In this document: positions 1 to 6,591 of the stretch, one piece after another | Layout: the number at the start of each line of letters is the position of its first letter | Numbering within the stretch: the stretch's first letter is position 1 | Source of the DNA: an uncultured archaeon | GTDB lineage: Archaea > Asgardarchaeota > Thorarchaeia > Thorarchaeales > Thorarchaeaceae | Direction: 5' to 3' | Length of the DNA stretch: 32,000 bases | Assembly (NCBI GenBank): GCA_964354495.1 | Contig: CAYHAA010000010.1 | Span: 30,001 to 62,000, forward strand | Position numbers and translations under genes: made by a program | Notes under the pieces: model-generated | Databases searched by the model: none | Told to the model about the DNA's origin: nothing | Seen by the model: the letters and a program-made list of their open reading frames with translations, nothing else

Positions 1-1499
1 TTCACGGAAGAGAGAGAGGAAGCTACAGGCACACCGAGGAATCGAGAAGGAAAATATCTGAAGGCCTGAAGGGAAAGAAACTGAGCCCAGAGCACCGAAG
101 GAAACTCTCTGAGGCGAATATGGGAAAGATGCACAATAGACATACTGAGGAGTCGAGAAGGAGGATCGCAGAGTCTCTGAAAGGGCATGAGGTACCAGAA
201 GAAACACGTAAGAAAATCTCTGAGACCTTACGGGGGAGAAAACTGACTGAGGAACATAAGCGAAAGGTATCAGAGTCTCTGAAAGGCAGGAAACGGGGTC
301 CGATGAGTGAAGAAACTAAGAAGAAGCTCTCTGAGGTCAAGACAGGTGTGAAGCTTGGACCACAATCTGAGGAATCAAGAAGAAAGAGATCTGAGGCTCA
401 GAAGGGGAGGAAATTCACAGACGAACATCGCAGAAAGCTCTCAGAATGGCAGCGAGGTAAGAGGCTGAGTGAAGAACACAGACGGAAGATTGGGGATGGA
501 CTAAGGGGCAAGAAGCGAGGGCCAATGAGCGAAACTCAGAAAGAGAAGATTTCGCAATCTCTCAGAGGAAGAAAAGGTCACCCCGTAAGCGAGGAAACCA
601 AGAGGAAACTCTCAGAGCTGGGAAAGGGGAGAAAACACTCAGATGAAACAAAAAGAAAACTATCGGAAATACAAAGAGGGAGAAGGAGGAAGCCGCACAG
701 TGAAGAAACAAGAATAAAGATATCCGAAGCAAACAAGGGAAAAAAACGGGGTCCGCCAAGTGAAGAAACTAAGAAGAAGAGATCTGAAGCTCTCAGAGGG
801 AGGAAACTGAGTGAGGAGCATAAGAAGAAAATCAGTGAAGCGAACAAGGGGAAGATGCCATCTCCACTCTCCGACGAGGGGCGAAGGAGAATATCTGAGG
901 CAAATAAGGGCAAGATTCTGACCGAAGAAGTCAAGCGGAAGATATCAGAAGCTCACAGAGGAAAGAAACACGGCCCACTAAGTGAGGAACACAGGAGGAA
1001 GATATCAGAGAGCAACAAGGGAGTCAGTAGACCTTCACCATCAGCAGAGCATAGGAAGAAGTTGTCTGAAGCAGGTAAACGACGACCTCCGATGTCCGAA
1101 CAAACAAGAAAAAGAATCTCGGATTCCAATAAGGGTCACAAAGTATCCCTTGAAACAAGAATGAGAATATCCCTTGCTCATGGAGGCGATGGCATCTATT
1201 ATTCTGAAGATGAAGACCTTAGGGATACACGCTACAGAAGAAAGCAATCATTAGAAGCGAAGAGAAGAGATGATTTCACCTGCCAAGAATGCGGCAGGAA
1301 ACCTGAGAATAGTATAGACGTTCAAGGCCACCACATAGTTCCTAGAAAAGAATGGTGGAGAATGGAGTATTACCCATTGGACTGGGTTGTGACACTATGT
1401 ACAGATTGCCACATTGTTAGTGATAAGCGGAAAGGAGTCATCAAATGGCCAAAGATGTCAGAAAACGCAAAGCAAACCAGAGTTGACGAGTTCAGCTAG
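1..1499 (+). CDS. NUMOD3-like repeat array fused to a C-terminal HNH endonuclease domain (5'-truncated by the window edge)
   Basis: The frame is open from base 3 (HGRERGSYRHTEESRRKISEGLKG...), so the Met at 120 is probably internal. There are 21 units of consensus (S/T)EE(H/T)xxK(I/L)SExx(K/R)G. The C-terminus has CQECG...GHHIVP...LCTDCH, the Zn-binding HNH pattern. Confidence 0.85.
   Translation, partial: HGRERGSYRHTEESRRKISEGLKGKKLSPEHRRKLSEANMGKMHNRHTEESRRRIAESLKGHEVPEETRKKISETLRGRKLTEEHKRKVSESLKGRKRGPMSEETKKKLSEVKTGVKLGPQSEESRRKRSEAQKGRKFTDEHRRKLSEWQRGKRLSEEHRRKIGDGLRGKKRGPMSETQKEKISQSLRGRKGHPVSEETKRKLSELGKGRKHSDETKRKLSEIQRGRRRKPHSEETRIKISEANKGKKRGPPSEETKKKRSEALRGRKLSEEHKKKISEANKGKMPSPLSDEGRRRISEANKGKILTEEVKRKISEAHRGKKHGPLSEEHRRKISESNKGVSRPSPSAEHRKKLSEAGKRRPPMSEQTRKRISDSNKGHKVSLETRMRISLAHGGDGIYYSEDEDLRDTRYRRKQSLEAKRRDDFTCQECGRKPENSIDVQGHHIVPRKEWWRMEYYPLDWVVTLCTDCHIVSDKRKGVIKWPKMSENAKQTRVDEFS
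291..779 (+). repeat. Near-exact 36-nt direct repeat within the NUMOD3 array (copies at 291-326 and 744-779)
   Basis: Both copies read aaacggggtccg[atg/cca]agtgaagaaactaagaagaag, 33 of 36 nt identical and 453 nt apart. Confidence 0.9.
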
Positions 1500-1592
1500 G
1501 ACTGTGAATGGATTTGAAAAGGTTAAGACTGCTACTTATAGTAGTTATCATGTGGAATATATTAGGGTCGGTCAGTATATTGAATTGAGACG

Positions 1593-2171
1593 ATGAATAT
1601 GAATAAAGCAGATATTTGGGCGCTTCTTGAGCGGTTCAGAAGATCGGAATTCTACACTGTTGTTTTGAATGAAGCATATCTTGCGAGATATGCTGGAATA
1701 CATCTTGGTTCTTATGTTGAAGAGCCAGACAATGAATTCTTGGAGGATCTGCGTGACCTTTTGATTGGCGGCTCGACCATTGGGGAGAAGAAAGTGAAAT
1801 CTTTTCTTGAGAATAACTCCGCAGACAAGATAAGATCAGCTTTTGAACTCTTTTTGGCTGAAGAAATAGAGCCAATAGGATTCATTGATACCTTTCTAAA
1901 ACTGAAAAACTGCGACCTCTACTTTGCGTCACAGCTGTTGGGTTTTGCATCGGAAGGGTCCTATATCACATATCATGATTCTGTATACGATGCGATGGTT
2001 GAACTATTCCCAGACTTTGAAGGAAATCCCGAACGTGTAAAAGATGGCGTTTCGTATATGTATTTCCAGATGGCATGTGACGTAATTATCCAGGCTTATC
2101 GATTTACATCAGTTCAGGAGTTGCATTGGTTTCTCTGGCATGGAAAAACGACTGACTGGAACTTCACATAG
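1593..2171 (+). CDS. Hypothetical alpha-helical protein, possibly with a degenerate HhH-type DNA-binding domain
   Basis: 192-aa ORF. The pattern IDTFLKLKNCDLYFASQLL...Y..F..AC...ELHWFLW resembles helical domains I recall from restriction-associated proteins, but the HhH GxG is absent. Confidence 0.6.
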   Translation: MNMNKADIWALLERFRRSEFYTVVLNEAYLARYAGIHLGSYVEEPDNEFLEDLRDLLIGGSTIGEKKVKSFLENNSADKIRSAFELFLAEEIEPIGFIDTFLKLKNCDLYFASQLLGFASEGSYITYHDSVYDAMVELFPDFEGNPERVKDGVSYMYFQMACDVIIQAYRFTSVQELHWFLWHGKTTDWNFT

Positions 2172-2180
2172 AAAAGAAAC

Positions 2181-2208
2181 GAGTTGGTAACCCTAGGACT
2201 ACCAACTC
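2181..2208. terminator. Strong hairpin between convergent genes; probable terminator
   Basis: Perfect 9-bp inverted repeat GAGTTGGTA/TACCAACTC. On the - strand it extends to about 12 bp with G-U pairs and is followed by GTTTCTTTTCT. Confidence 0.7.
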
Positions 2209-2219
2209 ATGTGCCAGTT

Positions 2220-3032
2220 TCACTTCATTGTCTTGACCCATTCATACACGGGCTCGCATAGCTCTTTCATCCGCTGCTTCTCAGGGGTCATCCCAACGCT
2301 CGGTTTCCAGCCATCTGCAGGCTCGAACCAGAAGTCTGTGACAGTGCCTTGTCGTTCGTTCTTTGGTTTCCAGACAACCTTTACAGGCATCCCAAATTCA
2401 GCATCCCATGGGGTGAGTCCTCGGAGCTCGTTTGCGATCGCAGTCTTACAACCATCGACGATAACGTAAGCCAACACGAAGGGGAGTCTCTTGAGAGACG
2501 AACGCCCGCTCCACCCGGCAATCGTCCATGTATGCACAGTCCCGCGCTGTGCCAGTGGCTGCCAAATTGTGCGCTCCAAAGAACAATTGAGATTCCAACA
2601 ATTCACCCTCGGCGGGAAGAACTTGTCCCCGCACTTAGGACACTGCGTGCCCCAGAACTCGCCATCGATAAAGCCCTTACCGAGTTTTGAGACCTCGGCA
2701 TATTTCCAATAATACAATTGGTCGTAATGCAGAAAGACCTTAAACTGCTCCTCAGCCTTATCAAATTCGTAACCCATGAATCCGATACCGGTCTCCTTCA
2801 CATCGCCGCGGAACTTGTCAGGGTATGACTCATCGAACTTGACATCGTTGTGCCCGGGAATCTTGTGCAGCCTCTTATCCTGTACTCCCGTCACGGGCAT
2901 ATCCGTCGCTGGTTGTAGCGTCATATCCTTCGGCGGTTCAGCCTTCTGAATCTTCGCTGGTTCTGGTGTTTTGGCCGGAGCAGGTTTGATGGGCTTGCCC
3001 TTCGCTATCTTTGAACTCTCGTCCTTTGGCAT
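2220..3032 (-). CDS. DUF35-family Zn-ribbon/OB-fold protein (thiolase partner) with a Lys/Pro-rich N-terminal extension
   Basis: GTQCPKCGDKFFPPRVNCWNLNC Zn ribbon, RGTVHTWT, PFVLAYVIVDG and GMPVKVVW. It lies 2 nt downstream of the thiolase-like gene. Confidence 0.9.
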   Translation of the reverse strand: MPKDESSKIAKGKPIKPAPAKTPEPAKIQKAEPPKDMTLQPATDMPVTGVQDKRLHKIPGHNDVKFDESYPDKFRGDVKETGIGFMGYEFDKAEEQFKVFLHYDQLYYWKYAEVSKLGKGFIDGEFWGTQCPKCGDKFFPPRVNCWNLNCSLERTIWQPLAQRGTVHTWTIAGWSGRSSLKRLPFVLAYVIVDGCKTAIANELRGLTPWDAEFGMPVKVVWKPKNERQGTVTDFWFEPADGWKPSVGMTPEKQRMKELCEPVYEWVKTMK

Positions 3033-3034
3033 CT

Positions 3035-4312
3035 CTACGGCCTCCTCAGAATGAAGTTCGAGATACTGGTTCCAGTACCCGCGTGGCTGTTGACAAGACC
3101 AACGTTGGCGTCTTTGACATACGTCCTGGCACTCAGGTGCTTCTTGGGCGCAGTGTCATTCAGGTGATACATGCACTCGAGAGTGCTCATGATTCCGGTC
3201 GCACCCACAGGATGCCCATACCCCATCAGACCGCCACCAATGTTGGTTGGTACCTCACCATCGAGGAACGTCTGCTTCTCACGGACGAACTGCTTGATAT
3301 TGTCTCTATTGCACCAGTGGAGCGCCTTGTAGATCTGGGTCTCTGAGGAACTGAAGGCATCGTGGATCTCAGCGACATCAACCTCCTTGGCCGCCCTGTT
3401 GTATTCAATGCCAGCCATATCGTAGGCCATTTCACCAGAGTAGCGACAGGCTGCGAACTCGGTCATGTCCGGGTAGCCTTTGCCGTACTTCTCATTCCAA
3501 CCTGGAAAGTCAATACGGTCCCCAGCACGAATGGTGCAGCTACTGAGACCAGCACCAGCCATCTCAACGTATGTGTCAGGAGCGTGCTTCTTTGCCCACT
3601 CCTCGCTCGTGACAAGACAGAAGGCGCCACCACGGCTCATGAGACAGCAGTCCAGCCGCTTGAGGGGATAGCTGATGAGGCGACTCTCCATGACATCCTC
3701 GACTGTCAGTGTCTTCTTGTAGTAGGGGGACTTTGGGTTTGTGTAGTCGCTTCGATACCACTGGGACTTGGCATTGTCTGCAGCGTAGTTGCGGTTCTTC
3801 ATCGCAGCAAGTGCAAAGTCCTCCTCCGTTAGCCCGTTCTCTTTCATGAACTTGTGAGCCATCGCAGCGTAGTAGATAGGATAGATGCCTCCTGCAAGTG
3901 CCTCGTACCTCGTGTCGGAGGCAAGGGCGATGAACTCACTGCCCTGGGACTGAGTCACGTTATCCATCTCTTCCCATCCGTAGATACCCACCACATCGAA
4001 CATGCCCGATTTGATTGCCATGAATGCTCCATAGAGTGCAGAACCTCCCGTGTTCCCGCCATTCTCAATCCGAAAATGAGGAAGACCGACTAGCCCAAGG
4101 TGATCATGCACGACCCACTCAGGTGCAAGCTGCTTGCCGAAGTGGACTGAGAAATGTGAATAGATCATGAACTGCAGGTCCCTGAGAGAGAAGTCAGGGA
4201 TGTCATGTTGAGTTTCCACAATGCAGTTCGCAGCCATACCTTCAGGGGTAATGTGCATGGGATAATCGAAGGGAGTCGCCGCACCACCTGCGATACACAC
4301 TTTTCGACTCAT
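3035..4312 (-). CDS. Thiolase-superfamily protein (SCP2/archaeal type) lacking the nucleophilic Cys
   Basis: VAEIHDAFS and NIGGGLMGYGHPVGATG motifs are present. The usual ENACASG loop reads ENGGNTG. Confidence 0.88.
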   Translation of the reverse strand: MSRKVCIAGGAATPFDYPMHITPEGMAANCIVETQHDIPDFSLRDLQFMIYSHFSVHFGKQLAPEWVVHDHLGLVGLPHFRIENGGNTGGSALYGAFMAIKSGMFDVVGIYGWEEMDNVTQSQGSEFIALASDTRYEALAGGIYPIYYAAMAHKFMKENGLTEEDFALAAMKNRNYAADNAKSQWYRSDYTNPKSPYYKKTLTVEDVMESRLISYPLKRLDCCLMSRGGAFCLVTSEEWAKKHAPDTYVEMAGAGLSSCTIRAGDRIDFPGWNEKYGKGYPDMTEFAACRYSGEMAYDMAGIEYNRAAKEVDVAEIHDAFSSSETQIYKALHWCNRDNIKQFVREKQTFLDGEVPTNIGGGLMGYGHPVGATGIMSTLECMYHLNDTAPKKHLSARTYVKDANVGLVNSHAGTGTSISNFILRRP

Positions 4313-4414
4313 AATATATCACTGAATCCGATTTTCGCTGTCCATGGGACAGACGATGCTGCGCCAACACCGAAAATGCAAGTACTTAACAGCTTCGGAC
4401 GAGTTTGAATTCTG

Positions 4415-5161
4415 CTATCGCCTATTCATCTTCATATACCGAAGGATTACACCCAAGACGACGAGTTCCACGATGATTCCCGTTCCTAGAAAGATGGCGT
4501 ACGTGTCTGGGAGCCAAAGTGGGACGGATGTATTAGATGTTTGATTTGTTGTGAGTGTAGGGGTAAGGTTTGAGAATTCTATATTAGCTGAGTAGAGTTC
4601 ACGGGTAGTAAGATAGGGTCCAGTATGACTATATCGAACACAAATGCCTCATTCAATGTCGAAGAAAAAACTGGAGTTCGTAGGCGAGGGGTAATCAGTG
4701 AAAGCTTTGACGCACCAACACTCAAGCGATCCAAAAGAGAGGCTAATTGTCGAGCGACCTTCAACGTGAATTTCCGTTTGCGTACAGAATATCGCTACCG
4801 GTGAATCTTGAAGGTCCATACCTGCATACCAGCCACTTGTATTCGTGAAAAGAGGTTGCATCATTGCAGAACCGGTACCTGGAGCATATATTTCCCAGCT
4901 TGGCATGAAGACCAAATACACATCCTCATAGTTCAGACAATCTCCAGTGACAGAATAGGGGATTTCAAGTACATATTCTGAACTATTATAGGGGGATTCT
5001 GTCCAGCCAGAGATATCGTAGTGAAATCCACAAGTTGTGTCAGCGTTTGTATATGTATAGTCTAGGTGCAAGCCCACAGGAAAATCATCAATGGTTATTG
5101 CGTCAATTGGACAGACCAAAACAGAACCAAGTGATGCAAGCAGAATGAACAGAATCAGCAT
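4415..5161 (-). CDS. Membrane-anchored surface protein interrupted by an in-frame TGA at 4649-4651 (recoded, nonsense allele, or sequencing error)
   Basis: It starts with a hydrophobic signal. After the TGA the same frame continues for 77 codons (GICVRYSH...Thr-rich linker...AIFLGTGIIVELVVLGVIL-RYMKMNRR) to a TAG at 4415-4417. Confidence 0.75.
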
Positions 5162-5375
5162 TTTGTGCGGCTTCAGATGTACCCCGACCCCGATAACTCT
5201 GGGTAAGAGAGCCAGTTAAATCTATCCCAAGACATGCATTGTGAACTACATACTATTGGCACATGTTCGGCCGTCTATGAAATGAATTAGCATCCGAAAA
5301 ACAGGCTCCAAGGCATGCAATTCCTACAAACAGAAAGAGCATGCTTGGATGATCAAACAAAGTATAGCGTGATGC

Positions 5376-6143
5376 TCACGCTGCTCTTTCACTAGCTCTG
5401 AGAATCGCCTCGACCTTGTTGAGAAGTGGCGTTATCTCAGGATTGTTGATGTTGATGATGACTGAGACAGAGAGGTCAGCAATCTCTTCCTTTCCCTTCT
5501 TATCTTTGTACGGCACGTCAACCTTGTAGTTGACCCGGTCGTTGATCTTCGCCCTGAATCCCTTCGCCTCTTGTTCAATATTATAGCAGTTCTTGATAGG
5601 GTACATGACGCCGTAGTTCACCATGGTCCCAGAGCCGCCCGCTATGGACTTTGCAATCTGGTCCATGATTGATTTGTTGTACATGTAGCTGCCAAGTTGA
5701 ATCATACTCAAGAACGCAAACATTCCACCCCCGCTTACCCGTGCAGCCTTCGCCTCTTGTACGCCGGTAGCAATGATTCGGTAGTTCGACACGAAGATGT
5801 TCCCAGCGATCTGCGATTTGCCAGTCTCGACCCAGCCATCCGTAATCACCGCAAACTCTTCGCCGGGCAGCTTGCAGAAGTTCTGGACAAAGAATTTCTC
5901 ATATTCAGACAGCTTGGCAGGGTTTCTAGCCCGCAACATCTTGTCGAATAGGATGTATGCCTTCTCCGAAAAGGCTTGAGGATCCACCATAATGGCATCC
6001 CTCATAGCCTCACCAAAAGGCTGGTATTGCGGGGAGTCAATCTTTCCGAAGGCATCCATCAACTTCTTACCTGCGTCTCCGGACTTTCCCTTCTTCATTG
6101 CCTCGACAACTTCAATCTTCAATTTTGCTAGGTCTACGCCCAT
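5376..6143 (-). CDS. Hypothetical protein with a PH/GRAM-like domain
   Basis: 255-aa ORF. LPGEEFAVITDGWVETGKSQIAGNIFVSNYRIIA matches the GRAM-type LPGE...G...(T/S)NYR pattern. Confidence 0.65.
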   Translation of the reverse strand: MGVDLAKLKIEVVEAMKKGKSGDAGKKLMDAFGKIDSPQYQPFGEAMRDAIMVDPQAFSEKAYILFDKMLRARNPAKLSEYEKFFVQNFCKLPGEEFAVITDGWVETGKSQIAGNIFVSNYRIIATGVQEAKAARVSGGGMFAFLSMIQLGSYMYNKSIMDQIAKSIAGGSGTMVNYGVMYPIKNCYNIEQEAKGFRAKINDRVNYKVDVPYKDKKGKEEIADLSVSVIININNPEITPLLNKVEAILRASERAA

Positions 6144-6490
6144 TCTAAAAACCTCGATATAGTCAGTGTTTAGGTTCTGAGAATAGACTTAAGGCTGAAA
6201 TATTAAGGATAGCTGGGACGTGTCTGATCGATGCTGTATCACGAAACTGTCTCTCTTTAGGATGGACACGGATTTCGACAACGCGATGGCATGGAATCAA
6301 GCTCTCTCTGTCAGACGCTGCTGCTCAGAAATGAGAGCCTTTGGGACTCGGTGCCATCAGGCAGACGAGTCAATGATAATGCAGGCAGCTGATGTTTTTG
6401 TCTGATTTCAGGCAAGACTATGGATAGGTCCCTGTGCGATGGCTTGCTCAAATCTGCATTATAGTGTGAAAAATGAGCAGGAACCAGTAC

Positions 6491-6520
6491 GGATATTTCT
6501 TCGATATCCTTTATATTCAA
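6491..6520 (+). promoter_or_regulatory. Inverted repeat adjoining a putative TATA box upstream of the sensor-like gene
   Basis: GGATAT-N7-ATATCC at 6491-6509, followed directly by TTTATATT. Confidence 0.35.
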
Positions 6521-6591
6521 GAGTATAGTAAAAAATGCAACAATAAGCCGGGAAGACTTTACCTTCTTCTGCCTCCTGAGGAGAAACCAGA

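Noticed and set aside
120-122. ATG at 120 as the true start of the HNH gene
   Set aside because: The frame is open upstream to the window edge and contains two more repeat units.
23-934. Antisense ORFs 23-340, 562-759 and 578-934
   Set aside because: These are Ser/Phe/Leu-rich shadows of the Lys/Arg/Glu-rich sense repeat.
1-1180. Purine-rich periodic DNA that could suggest a CRISPR array or satellite
   Set aside because: Units are diverged at the DNA level, keep frame and conserve amino acids, so this is a coding repeat with no identical repeats plus unique spacers.
3035-4312. Assignment as an Ltp2-type steroid aldolase
   Set aside because: It keeps His in HDAF and GHP where Ltp2 has catalytic tyrosines, so the Cys loss alone is insufficient.
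4313-4414. SECIS element downstream of the TGA-containing gene
   Set aside because: Only a short hairpin is visible and I cannot identify an AUGA/GA or GAA/A core. It needs a covariance-model search.
6220-6405. 61-aa ORF in the long intergenic gap
   Set aside because: It has a GTG start, no recognisable motif or RBS, and a random-looking composition.
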